Below the pieces are notes generated by a model that saw only the letters and a program-made list of their open reading frames with translations, was not told where the DNA came from and ran no database searches. The translations under genes and the position numbers were made by a program. A stretch of 63,925 nt of DNA, the filler included, from Octopus bimaculoides (Eukaryota): NCBI RefSeq assembly GCF_001194135.2. It is 12 parts of 12 records of this genome, joined end to end, with 100 filler letters (N's around TTAATTAATTAA, not from the genome) between each part and the next. Parts side by side here need not be neighbours in the genome. Positions count along the whole stretch, not along the records: positions 48,455 to 54,453 come from NC_068994.1; positions 54,554 to 57,971 come from NC_068993.1; positions 58,072 to 60,450 come from NW_026360090.1; positions 60,551 to 62,612 come from NC_068987.1; 8 more parts are not named here. One strand, written 5' to 3'. Positions within the stretch are counted from its first letter, which is position 1; each line of letters starts with the position of its first letter. Positions 48,651 to 61,749 of this stretch are shown one piece after another.

Positions 48651-49376
48651 AAAATGATATAGAATTACAGTAAACAGAAGGTAATCAGAGAATATTGAAT
48701 AAGAGGGCAATCAATCAGAGGTACTTTAAAGTACAGTATTTACCGTCATAGAGGTCGTGGGGCAGGTGGACTTTTAGAACGGTTTTAGAGCGGTGTGTTT
48801 GCTTGCTTCTTACTTCTTTTTTCGTTCTTTTTTTTATTTTTTTTTTTTAACGTCACGTTCTAAAGAAGGCAAATTATGGCGCCAGGAAGAAAACGATGTT
48901 GTTGGACATCAGAGAAAATTTGTAATTCATAATTAAACACTGAAGTTTGTAATTACATATGAAGTTCATTTATGAAACGATGTGTTAATTGACTCGTTCA
49001 TATAGCCGTGACATATACGTAACACACAACGGTAATGAATAATTGTTGTTATTGTCGATGTTTTTTTGCAGCAGCTGTTGTTGTTGTTGTTGTTGGTGGT
49101 GTATCTGTTGTTGCAGTTACGTTATGGATATAGTTATTTTTATTTTGTTCTGTTAATTAAGAATGTTCATAAAGTGGTTAATGAAAGACAAGTGAGTACA
49201 TTAATTAATTTTTAAACACATCAAATACGCATGCTACTTACCACAAGCGTTCGTGAGAACGGAACCGAGTTCAATTCTTGAGCTTACCAGATCAGAAACA
49301 TCTAGTAATGGGTGAGTAGCATGCATCGGCACTAGCATATTCAGGGGGAAGTCTTTTTATTACCTTGAAGTTTATG

Positions 49377-50385
49377 AATCAACCTCGGCGGAATTCGAAC
49401 TCCGAACGTAGCGACGGGGGAAATACCGTTAAGCATTTCGCCCATCGTGCTAACGATTCTGCCAGCTTGCCCCATTAATGCAAATATAGAAAAATCCTTT
49501 CTACTCTAGGCACAAGGCCTGAAATTTTGGGGGAGGGGACCAGTCGATTACACCGACCCCAGTGTTTTATTGATACTTATTTTATTGACCTTGAAAAGGA
49601 TGAAAGGCAAAGTCGACCTCGGCGGAATTTGAACTCAGAAAGTAATGGCAGACGAAATACCACTAAGCATTTCGCTCAGCGTGCTTCANNNNNNNNNNNN
49701 NNNNNNNNNNNNNNNNNNNNNNNNNNTCTGCTATTGGCACAAGGCCTGAAATTTGGTGGGAGGGGACCTGTCGATTTCATCGACTCCAGTACTCAACTGG
49801 TACTTAATTTGTCGAACCTGAAAGAATGAAAGGTAAAGTCAACCTCGGCGGGATTTGAACTCAGAACGTAGAGACGAGTGAAATACTGTTAAGCACTTCG
49901 CCCAGCGTGCTAACGATTCTACCAGCTCGCCGCCTTACAAGACATAATAATTATGATTTCAAATTTTGGCTCAAGTTCATTAATTTTGTGGAGGGGAGTA
50001 AGTCGATTACATCGACTCCAGTGCGTAACTGGTATTTATTTAATCGACCCCGAAAGGATGAAAGGCATAGTTGACTTCGGTGGAATTTGAACTCAGAACG
50101 TTGCCACAGGTGAAATACCGCTAAGCACTTCGCCCAGCGTGCTAACGATTCTGCCAACTCGCTGCCTTAATGCAACTATAAATAGTGGTTTCAAATTTTG
50201 GTAGATTTTGAGCGAGGGTTAAATCGATTATATCGATTCCAGTACTTGACAGGCATATAGCCTATTGATTTCCGAACGGGAATTTGAACTCCTCTGTGGA
50301 ATTTGAACTCAGAACGTAATAGCGTACGAAATTCTGGTAAGCACGTTGCCCACCGTGCAAACGGATCTGCTAGCTCACCGTCTTA
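49377..50385 (-). mobile_element. Head-to-tail array of five SINE family B copies; further copies at about 47215-47430 and 51246-51436
   Basis: Repeated CTCGGCGGAATTTGAACTCAGAACGT..TAAGCA(T/C)TTCGCCCAGCGTGCTAACGATTCTGCCAGCTCGC blocks at about 200-240 bp spacing. Confidence 0.85.
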
Positions 50386-51616
50386 GATGCAGCCATAAAA
50401 AATATGTAACATTTAATGTAAAAAAAAAAGAAAAAGAAAAATAGTCCATCGATACAAATAAAGAAAGGTCGAAGTTGACCTGGAGGACACGAAGCCGTAT
50501 GTTCTGTAATCCTGACACAGAGCTGATCTAAACAAAACATATGATATACGGCTTTTAATTTTCGAGTAAATATTTCTTACAATCAGACAGTCAATACTTA
50601 AACAATCCTGTCTTCAAACAAAGAAGAGCCTAATACGGATTTAGGCTATTTACTCATCTTCAGAAAGTGCTTCATCTTAACCTATTCAGACAATGAGTTT
50701 TGAGTATTATATTCGCTGTTCTTTCTTTTTACTAACTCTCTCTTCTTCCTCTCTTTTTTCTATTGCTTCTTTGTCTTCTTTTCTTATCTTTTCTCTTCTT
50801 TATCTTCTTTTGAATTTCTTTTCCTTTTTTTTTTGTTGTTGTTTTATTTCCCTTCTTTCTCCTTCTTTCCTTCCTATTTCTTTGTCTTTGTCTTCACTAC
50901 TTCTTTCCCTCCTCCCTCTTCTTTTTTCTTTTCCTTCTTCTTTGTCCTCTACATTGTCATTTTTATCCTCTTCTTTGTCTTTTATTTCTTCTTGTTCTCC
51001 TTCTTTTTCTTCCTTTTCTCTTCCTCTTCTTCATCCTATTGTCGTTCTCGTTGCATTCGTTACTCTTGACGTTGTTGCTGGAATGCAAAACAGATGCGAT
51101 TAAAGTACCAACACTACAACAACTACAATAACAACAACAACAACAACAACAACAGCTTAGTACCATTACCAGAAATAAATATAAACAACATTATTTCTAC
51201 GGCAGATACAACATGGTATCTTTCAAAATGCATTTGATAACTATTCTTTTCTACTCTAGGCACAAGGCCCGAAATTTTGGGGGAGGAGGCCAGTCGAATA
51301 GATCGACCCCAGTAAGCAACTGGTACTTAATTTATAGAGCCCGAAATGATGAAAGGCAAAGTCGACCTCGGCGGAATTTGAACTCAGAACGTAAAGACAG
51401 ATGAAATACCGCTAAGCATTTCGCCCGGAATGCTAAGACATTAAAAAGTGCAACGAACATTCTAATACTAGGAAACATTAATAATTATCTTTATATATTC
51501 ACATTCAGATTATCTAGACAATATGGCGTCGGTGAAAAGGTGAAAGAGATAAAAACCAAAAAATTCGTACTTTTATTTATAAATTATTTAAGAATAATGA
51601 GTGATTGCGCTCTATT

Positions 51617-51701
<85 letters not shown>

Positions 51702-52309
51702 AAGGAAAAAGACATACAGATAGATCGGTAGACTATAATAATTTACGAGCGTGTATGTATGTATTTGTATGCGTATAATTTTGAGTTTGTGAATACTTTG
51801 TCTATATCTATACAAAAGCAGACATATATAGATATGTATTTATATAATAAAGGAAAAAATGTATTGTAAATAATCAACGACAGGGTCAAAAAAACGTAAG
51901 ACAAGACAGACACAGAAGATCCCTAATTGTTCATCAGTTATCAACCAGATGATATTACTCAGTTTTGAACATTCAGTGATAAGACTGAGAACTTCCCATG
52001 CTGGCGGTGCCCACGAAAGTTGCGGAAAATATAGGGCGGAGAGTAAACAAAACAATAGAGAGTGGACATACGAAAGTGAATAAATGTAATTTCAAACGCT
52101 GGACAAGGACGGAATAAACAGGAAACAAGCGAAATATAGCTTCATGACCACAAGGACAAGAATGGTGGGCAACGCTTAAAAGGAACCCTAAATGATTAGA
52201 AAACAACAAATAGCAAGATTGTGCGACACACAGAATTCAAACACGGTCAACTACGCAACCCATGTGATAAAGGAAGAGAAGGAAGGGCTGGCTACGGGTC
52301 ATATGTCAG

Positions 52310-52500
52310 CAGTAGGCAGAGGAGAGAGATAGGGAGGAGAGAGAGATAGGGAGAGAGAGAGGGGGGGAGAGAGAGAGAGAAATAGGGAGAGAGAGAGAGA
52401 TAGGGAGAGAGAGAGAGATAGGGAGAGAGAGATAGAGAGAGAGATAGGGAGAGAGAGAGAGATAGGGAGAGAGAGAGAGATATGGAGAGAGGGAGAAAAC
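52310..52500. repeat. GA-rich minisatellite (ATAGGGAGAGAGAGAG-type units)
   Basis: Directly visible. Confidence 0.85.
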
Positions 52501-54388
52501 CAGGGGAGGGATGAAGGGGGAAAAAGAGAAAGGAGAGTAAGAGGGCGAGAGAGTCAGGAAAGAAGGAGAAAGAGTGAAGGCTAGAAATAGAGTCGCACGA
52601 ATGTATAAAATTTACTGTTGATAAAAACCGTTTCTTAAGTATTCATATATGCACATATGTATGTATGTTCTATTTTGAAACTAATGGTCTCTAATTTGCA
52701 TACACATCTCTCTCCCCAGTCACTTACCAGAGGGCGACCTGTCTCAATAAAACTATAAATATGGCTTGCAGACAAAAAAGAAACCCCACCTAAATGACAG
52801 TATGATGGCAGTAAGTAAATTATAACTTCGTTGTCATTGTCCATTTTTTTTTGTAAGCAAAACAAACGTACATACAGACACACACATGTGTGTGTGTGTG
52901 TATGTGTGTGTGTGTGTGTGTGTGTTTGTATGTGTGTTTATATGTATGTTTATGAGTAACTATGTGCCTGCCCGATTTGACATATGTACATATATGTGTT
53001 TGTGTGTGTAGANNNNNNNNNNNNNNNNNNNNNNNNNNNNNNNNNNNNNNNNNNNNNNNNNNNNNNNNNNNNNNNNNNNNNNNNNNNNNNNNNNNNNNNN
53101 NNNNNNNNNNNNNNNNNNNNNNNNNNNNNNNNNNNNNNNNNNNNNNNNNNNNNNNNNNNNNNNNNNNNNNNNNNNNNNNNNNNNNNNNNNNNNNNNNNNN
53201 NNNNNNNNNNNNNNNNNNNNNNNNNNNNNNNNNNNNNNNNNNNNNNNNNNNNNNNNNNNNNNNNNNNNNNNNNNNNNNNNNNNNNNNNNNNNNNNNNNNN
53301 NNNNNNNNNNNNNNNNNNNNNNNNNNNNNNNNNNNNNNNNNNNNNNNNNNNNNNNNNNNNNNNNNNNNNNNNNNNNNNNNNNNNNNNNNNNNNNNNNNNN
53401 NNNNNNNNNNNNNNNNNNNNNNNNNNNNNNNNNNNNNNNNNNNNNNNNNNNNNNNNNNNNNNNNNNNNNNNNNNNNNNNNNNNNNNNNNNNNNNNNNNNN
53501 NNNNNNNNNNNNNNNNNNNNNNNNNNNNNNNNNNNNNNNNNNNNNNNNNNNNNNNNNNNNNNNNNNNNNNNNNNNNNNNNNNNNNNNNNNNNNNNNNNNN
53601 NNNNNNNNNNNNNNNNNNNNNNNNNNNNNNNNNNNNNNNNNNNNNNNNNNNNNNNNNNNNNNNNNNNNNNNNNNNNNNNNNNNNNNNNNNNNNNNNNNNN
53701 NNNNNNNNNNNNNNNNNNNNNNNNNNNNNNNNNNNNNNNNNNNNNNNNNNNNNNNNNNNNNNNNNNNNNNGTGAATTGCGTCATGATACTGTTTTTCCCA
53801 CAGACGTTGCCTGACTGACCCTACTATACTGTGTAGTCGACAAAGTAAAAAAAAAAACAGACAAACAATGCGCATGCACGATATTAAAAATACAACCCAT
53901 TGCATCTAGTATAGATATGTGTGTGTGTGTCTGTGTGTCTATGTGTATCTGTGTGTGTTTGCGTGTCTGTGTGTGCGTGTATATATGTGTTTGTCTACCA
54001 ACGCCATTTAACAACCAGTGTTGGTATATTTTCGTCGCCGTAATCTAACGGTTCGGCAAAAGACCCGATAAAATAAGTACCAGATGTTAAAAAGAAATGT
54101 TGTAAGGTTGATTCACGCGGCTAAAATCTCATCAAAGCGGTACCCCAGCATGGCCGTGCTCCAATAACTAAAGCAAGTAAAAAGTGGAGGGAAGCTATAT
54201 AATGTGGATTTCACAGAGGTGACAATCATTCAGTTGCGAATGCTTAAGAATTGTTGAAATATTTGTGTCGCTTATATTTGCAGTCAAACCAATGCAATAT
54301 TATTGAGCAGAAACATGTCAATATAAAATAGTTAGAAATATGTGTGTGTGTCTGAGGGGGCATGAGAGTATGCTTTTGTGTGTATGAA

Positions 54389-54453
<65 letters not shown>

Positions 54454-57400
54454 NNNNNNNNNNNNNNNNNNNNNNNNNNNNNNNNNNNNNNNNNNNNTTA
54501 ATTAATTAANNNNNNNNNNNNNNNNNNNNNNNNNNNNNNNNNNNNNNNNNNNNCTCTCTCTCTCTCTCTCTCCCTCTCTCTCTATCTGTCTCTCCCACTT
54601 GTTACACAGGAGCGTACGCATTCGCCGGTTTTAATACATCTTTTACGAGCAGAGCTTCATCCAAATCCAAACCTTTAAACACTTCCTTTGTTAGAGATTC
54701 CCCGCTTTCTCTTTTTCGCTTAGAGTTGCAGTCATGGCTGCGTGGCTAAGAAATTCACTTGGCAACCACGTGGTTTCAGGTTCCGTCCCACTGTACGACA
54801 CAAACGTTTCTACAATAGCTTTGGGCTTGGGATTGATTAATGCTTTGTGAACAGATTTGGTAGACGAAAACTGCAATCAATACTGCAGTGCTAACTCTAT
54901 TCACAAGATGGAATTTGGATTGGCACCTTTGTTTATTGTGAAAGCGCGCGGCCTAGTAGTCAGGCTGCAATCGCATAATTGCTGTTTCGATTCCCGGATC
55001 GTACTATGTCTTGTGTTTTTCATCAAAGCACTTCGTTTCACCTTGCTCCAGTCCACTCGGCTGTAAATGAGTAACGCTGCGATGGACTGGCGTCCTATCC
55101 AGGGGCAATGTTGTGATCTCAGAGACTGGTTAACTGGTTATATGAGTCCTTTGAATCGAAGACAGTAATGTCCAGAGTATTTATTTAACTTCTGCTATCT
55201 TCGTTTACTAATAAACTAAACCGGCACCCCGTCGCTTACGACGACGAGTGTTCCAGTTGATCGGATTGTAGTGATCACGTCGGGGTCACCAATTGTAAGG
55301 GACGACCGTGCGAACTCATAAAAGGAGAAATGGTGACGAATGGAAAAACAGAGGACTCCTTTTATTTAAACGTGTCACACGGTCGAACACAAAATATATA
55401 TATCAAATGATGATATACATGATATGTTATGCGACGATAACATAGATGACCAGTAATGAAAGACCACAACCGTATTAGATGAATAACAGAGATATTTATT
55501 GTGGCGTTAAAGATGTATGTCTGTGTGAGAGTGTGAATGCGACATATAAGAACATAATTAAAGACAGGCCGTCATACAAAGAAAAGTGTGTATGTAAGTG
55601 ATACATGTGTGTGAGTTATTACAGCAGATAGAAAGAGAGTCANNNNNNNNNNNNNNNNNNNNNNNNNNNNNNNNNNNNNNNNNNNNNNNNNNNNNNNNNN
55701 NNNNNNNNNNNNNNNNNNNNNNNNNNNNNNNNNNNNNNNNNNNNNNNNNNNNNNNNNNNNNNNNNNNNNNNNNNNNNNNNNNNNNNNNNNNNNNNNNNNN
55801 NNNNNNNNNNNNNNNNNNNNNNNNNNNNNNNNNNNNNNNNNNNNNNNNNNNNNNNNNNNNNNNNNNNNNNNNNNNNNNNNNNNNNNNNNNNNNNNNNNNN
55901 NNNNNNNNNNNNNNNNNNNNNNNNNNNNNNNNNNNNNNNNNNNNNNNNNNNNNNNNNNNNNNNNNNNNNNNNNNNNNNNNNNNNNNNNNNNNNNNNNNNN
56001 NNNNNNNNNNNNNNNNNNNNNNNNNNNNNNNNNNNNNNNNNNNNNNNNNNNNNNNNNNNNNNNNNNNNNNNNNNNNNNNNNNNNNNNNNNNNNNNNNNNN
56101 NNNNNNNNNNNNNNNNNNNNNNNNNNNNNNNNNNNNNNNNNNNNNNNNNNNNNNNNNNNNNNNNNNNNNNNNNNNNNNNNNNNNNNNNNNNNNNNNNNNN
56201 NNNNNNNNNNNNNNNNNNNNNNNNNNNNNNNNNNNNNNNNNNNNNNNNNNNNNNNNNNNNNNNNNNNNNNNNNNNNNNNNNNNNNNNNNNNNNNNNNNNN
56301 NNNNNNNNNNNNNNNNNNNNNNNNNNNNNNNNNNNNNNNNNNNNNNNNNNNNNNNNNNNNNNNNNNNNNNNNNNNNNNNNNNNNNNNNNNNNNNNNNNNN
56401 NNNNNNNNNNNNNNNNNNNNNNNNNNNNNNNNNNNNNNNNNNNNNNNNNNNNNNNNNNNNACGAAATAAGGAAAAAAAAAAATTGTAGTGAAAAAGACTT
56501 ATAGAACGGTTGGTCTATTACTGGCATTTAGTCACCATTTTTTGGAAAGTTATGTGAACTTTTCAAGTTGGGCTGTACAGATCAGAAGGGCTGTATGAAC
56601 GAATCAACGTCGGGGCAGCCTGCTCGTGAAATTAACGTGCAAGCGGTTGAGAACTCCTCAGACACGCATACCTTTGACGTAGTTTTCAAGGAGATTCAGT
56701 ATGAAACAAGATGTGATTAGGTCGGTCCTTTGAAATAAGGGTACTTCTCATTTTTTGCCGGCTGAGTGAACTTGAGCACCGAGAAATAAAGTGTATTGCT
56801 CAAGGATACAACGCGTGTCACATGTCGAACTCACGACCCTATGCTCGTGTGCCAAGTACCCTAACCACTAAGCCATACACCTTCATGGGCACACAGTATA
56901 TCGTATTTGATAGCATATAAGACGCACTTTGTTTTCCAAAAAGAAAATGCCTCAAAAATCACCCCTGGGCCTATGTATGAACTTGGGCTTATTACTACAT
57001 AGCGAATGTGACAAGGCTGGCCCCTTGAAATACAAGTACAACTCATTTTTGCCAAAGGGAAATAAAGTGCCTTGCTCAAGTCCACAACATGCCGCCGAGT
57101 ATCAATCTTGTGACCTTTATCTAAATGCTCTAACGACTAAGCCATGCACCTTCACGTTTGGTAATACAACAATTGATAAAGTAAAGGTAAGGTTAACTTC
57201 TGGAGACATACCATTTCATAAGGGCCTGTTCCCTGGTTTTTGTGGCGTATAAATTCCCCACCTGGAGGGACGTCGATCCGTCGCAGGGTTACTCCTTTTT
57301 GTCAGCTGTGTGGACTGGAGCAACGAGAAACTGCATGGAAGACCGTCGTGTGTCTGTTTATGTGTGAGTGTGTGTGTGTGGTTTTTCAGACGTAACGATA

Positions 57401-57936
57401 GAGTTAAAAGATTTGTCTGTTATTTCTAGCAGGTCGGGAGACCACGAAGAGGTATCGTATATGCTGTTTTTATTGGCGCAGTCACGGCCTTCGCAATGTC
57501 TGGCAATGGAGGCTGGCAACTGGTTAAATTTGATTAAATTTAAACGCTTGTAACTTGTTTATAATTAATTTCCAGGAAAATGAAATTAAACAATGAACGC
57601 AACTTATATCATCAGCGTGCAAAACTAGAGCAGAACAATATTTTTTTTGAAAATAATCTGACGAAAGTTTGAAAAACTTCAAGTGGCCGGAAGAAATTTA
57701 ACACGATACCTAAAGCGTGTTCTCATAAAAATACATACACTGACGATTATTTAGGTGTGTGTACACATACAAATACAGCGCTGCCAAGTCCGCCTACACG
57801 CACACATACAAACGCACGCGCACACACAAACATACACACACACACACACAGATACATAAATCTATATTTATCCACACGTACGTGCACATGCATAACTCAA
57901 TGTATACTTACAATGAATTGGGCGGAAGAGATCTGG

Positions 57937-57971
<35 letters not shown>

Positions 57972-58071
57972 NNNNNNNNNNNNNNNNNNNNNNNNNNNNN
58001 NNNNNNNNNNNNNNNTTAATTAATTAANNNNNNNNNNNNNNNNNNNNNNNNNNNNNNNNNNNNNNNNNNNN

Positions 58072-58107
<36 letters not shown>

Positions 58108-58298
58108 GTATGTGTCTATATATGTAAGTGCATATATATATGTGAATGTATATGTATGTGTCTATATATGTAAATGCATATATATGTGTATGTAATGTAT
58201 GTGTCTCTTTATATATATATATGTATATGTATTTATGTGTGTGTATATATATATGTTTGTGTGCATATATATGTATGTTTGTGTGTATATATATATGC

Positions 58299-58359
<61 letters not shown>

Positions 58360-58770
58360 TGTATGTATGCATGTGTGTGCGTGCGTGTGTGTGTGTATCA
58401 TCATCGTTTAACATCCGTTTTCCATGCTGGCATGGGTTGGACAGTTTGACTGGGGATTGGCAAGCCAGGACGCCTCACCAGACTCCAATCAGATCTGGCA
58501 ATGTTTCTACAGCTGGATGCCTTTCCTAACATCAACCACTCTGAGAGTCTGTGTGTATATATATGTATGTACACACATACACACACACACACATATATAG
58601 GTAAATGATAGGATTACTTCAATATTTCAGGGGTAGTCTGAAGTATCTAAGCAACCAGGGGATAGTTAAATCCGAAGGCGCTCCTGGAAATTACTTGTGT
58701 GGGTAACGTCTTCGTTAGAAGGTATCCAGAGGCAGGTAATTTATTGTTTAAACCGCAGTTTATAATTATA

Positions 58771-60402
58771 ATTGTGTGGAGAATAGAGAAACAAATACAA
58801 GAAGAAGCAAGTCCATTGGGCTAGTTAGCCATTGATTTAATTATGTGGAGATTATATAATGAGTCATTTACGGGCCCACAAAAACCTAACACCGGGCCCA
58901 CAAAAACCTAACAATACTAACAAAGCAAAAACCGATAAGACACATATTAAAAATAAACCTAACTATAGAAATAAATTAGATAGCCATAAAGACAAATTCA
59001 CTAGCCTTCCCAGCTATGATGGCAGGTTCTATACCAGACATGGCCGTAATAACAATAAGAGCAATAAGGATACGATCTGGCTAATTATTCCCTACAACAT
59101 GAATCTCAAATCTAACATAGTCCGTTCATTAATGAACATAATAGATAAACATCTAAATGTAAATGATAAATACACAGCAATATTTAACAACAAAATTAGA
59201 ATAGGCCACAGCCTGACATGCAACTTAGCTACCATCATAGCATCTATTAATAATAATAAATTAGACGCATTCTATACAGCTAGAAAGACCACGAACAACC
59301 GTCCAACTAATAGAACTAACCCCAACCCTAATCCAACACCCCTTGTTAGGAGACGCACACACCAAAAAAACAACAGGGTTACAGAACAACACACAGACAT
59401 AGACACCCCTTATAATCTATGTAGCTGTAGAGATAGGAATAAATGTAATTTCTCCAATAGATGTAAGACTGAAAATGTAGTTTACCAATGCGACGTACAC
59501 ACAAACGGCTATATTAGATCTTACATTGGCGCTACGAAAAACCAAATATGCCTCAGATATAATGAGCACCAATCTAGCTTTAGAAATAGAAAAAAGGCAA
59601 ATATTTGGGAATTAAATATTTGGGAATTAAATATTTGGGAATTAAAGGACAATAAGATATAATATAAACTAAAGTGGCATATACTAAAAGCAGCAAATTC
59701 TTATAACCCAACTAACAGATGCTGTGACCTCTGTCTAACTGAACGCCTCAAAATCCTAACGGCTAGAAAGCATCTCTTGAACAAACGATATGAAAATAAC
59801 CTAATTTGTTTACACACTAGAAAATATTCATTTTCTAAGTATAATTAAATATGTAATACATTCCACTTTCTAAGTATAATTAAATATGTAAAAAAGAATT
59901 TCCCTTTTCTAAGTATAATTAATTATAATTAAATATTAATAAGTTCAGAGTTAGCTCTCTCTTCACCAAAACTTAGAGTTACCTCCTTTACTAACACCGC
60001 CGGTGCTAAAAGTAAAAGACACACGCCTGAATTCTAAAAACAACCACGTGCGAAATGCGATTAATCAAGATTGGAACTACGAGTTTGAACAGCACCCACC
60101 CTACCTCTCCTTTGCAGAAAGACTATTAACACAACTTCAATTGAAATGTAAGACTAACTTTACCTAACTCTATTTTTATACCACTATATGCATTACTATA
60201 TCCACTAACTGTTTCTCCTGCATTTCTCACACCATGAACTTTAACATACTTCTCAACATTCTGAAGAGATCTGCCAAACCATTTGGCACATCGAAACGAT
60301 CGTAAATGACTCATTATATAATCTCCACATAATTAAATCAATGGCTAACTAGCCCAATGGACTTGCTTCTTCTTGTGTTTGTTTCTCCATTGTCCACATA
60401 AT
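58771..60402 (+). mobile_element. 5'-truncated Penelope-like element (linker + GIY-YIG) with terminal repeat, hammerhead, and an inverted copy of the repeat at its 5' end
   Basis: ORF 58859-59662: CSCRDRNKCNFSNRCKTENVVYQC..YIGAT..RYNEHQSSF; continues past a TAA as WHILKAANSY..CDLCLTER..LLNKR to about 59847; 58771-58872 is the reverse complement of 60301-60402. Confidence 0.88.
60257..60308 (+). ncRNA. Type I hammerhead ribozyme in the Penelope terminal repeat
   Basis: CATT-CTGAAGA-GATCTGCCAAA CCA TTTGGCACATC-GAAA-CGATCG-TA-AATG: canonical core, stem II with 10 of 11 pairs, palindromic stem III ACGATCGT, GUA cleavage triplet at 60302-60304. Confidence 0.85.
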
Positions 60403-60609
60403 ATATATATATATATATCATCATCATCGTTTAATGTCCGCTTTCCATGCNNNNNNNNNNNNNNNNNNNNNNNNNNNNNNNNNNNNNNNNNNNNTTAATT
60501 AATTAANNNNNNNNNNNNNNNNNNNNNNNNNNNNNNNNNNNNNNNNNNNNAACTCTACATTTGTATTTTGTCCCCTCTGTGTTGAGCCCTGTGTGGCTAA
60601 TAAAGGAAC

Positions 60610-60648
<39 letters not shown>

Positions 60649-60649
60649 C

Positions 60650-60689
<40 letters not shown>

Positions 60690-60695
<6 letters not shown>

Positions 60696-61500
60696 GTTTG
60701 TATGTCAGACTTGTTTGGAGGCGTCTTAGCAGCTGTCTACCGCAATTGGCGACAAAACGGGAGTATCCTCGTCCTTGTAAAGCGAGGGGCGGTGGCACTG
60801 CTAAAGAAAGATCCAAACAAGGGGAACGTCATAGATAACTCCAGGCCCATCACTCTGCTTCACACAGATTTGAAAATTTTGGCCACGGTGTTAGCCGAGA
60901 GGTTGGCGCTTGTCATTGAGAAACTAGTCGAAAAGGCGCAAACGTGCGCCATGCCGGGTAGGAGTATCCATGACAACCTCCATCTGATGCGCTACATCAT
61001 AGACAGGGTAGTTAAAGAACCTGACATGGGTGGGGCGCTGATCAATTTGGATAAATCGAAAGTTTTCGATAGGGTAGACCATCACTACTTGGAGGCTGTC
61101 CTTAGAGCTGATGGTTTCGGTCCCATCTTCCGTGGTCGGATCGCTGCCTTATACAGCGGCATCCGCTCGGTGGTTCGCATAAATGTTCACCTATCCAGAC
61201 TACGTTCGGTTCGTCAAGGATGCCTCTTCTCGTTGCTTCTATATGTATTGACTCTTGAGCCACTACTGCGGAAGCTGGCGACGCTGAGGTGGCATCCCAC
61301 GAGAGCTGGGATGCGGGAGGAGCGTGTCTGCATACGCGGACGACGTCACCGTCATAGTCTCGAGCCAAAAACACATCGAAGCTGGTCGGTGAGACACTAA
61401 AAGTATATGAAGCGGTAACGGGAGCAAAAATTAACTGGAAAATGGGCTTGCGGCTCGGCACCTGGAGAAGCAAGCCCATGCCCCCCAATAGCATCTCCAT
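60690..61500 (+). mobile_element. L1/Tx1-clade LINE reverse-transcriptase fragment
   Basis: RPITLLHTDLKILATVLAERL..QTCAMPGRSIHDNL..ALINLDKSKVFDRVDH..SVRQGC..LLYVLTLEPLLR; frameshifted downstream. Confidence 0.88.
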
Positions 61501-61648
61501 CGTGTGTATCTGAAACTCGAAGTTTTATCATGGCTACTGAATAAGTGTCATATTTTTACAGATAAATTCCACTATTTGCATAATATTGAGGTCTCTTTCT
61601 TTCTTTTGTTGTCCTTCCTGTCAAATATACATACACACACACACACAC

Positions 61649-61749
<101 letters not shown>

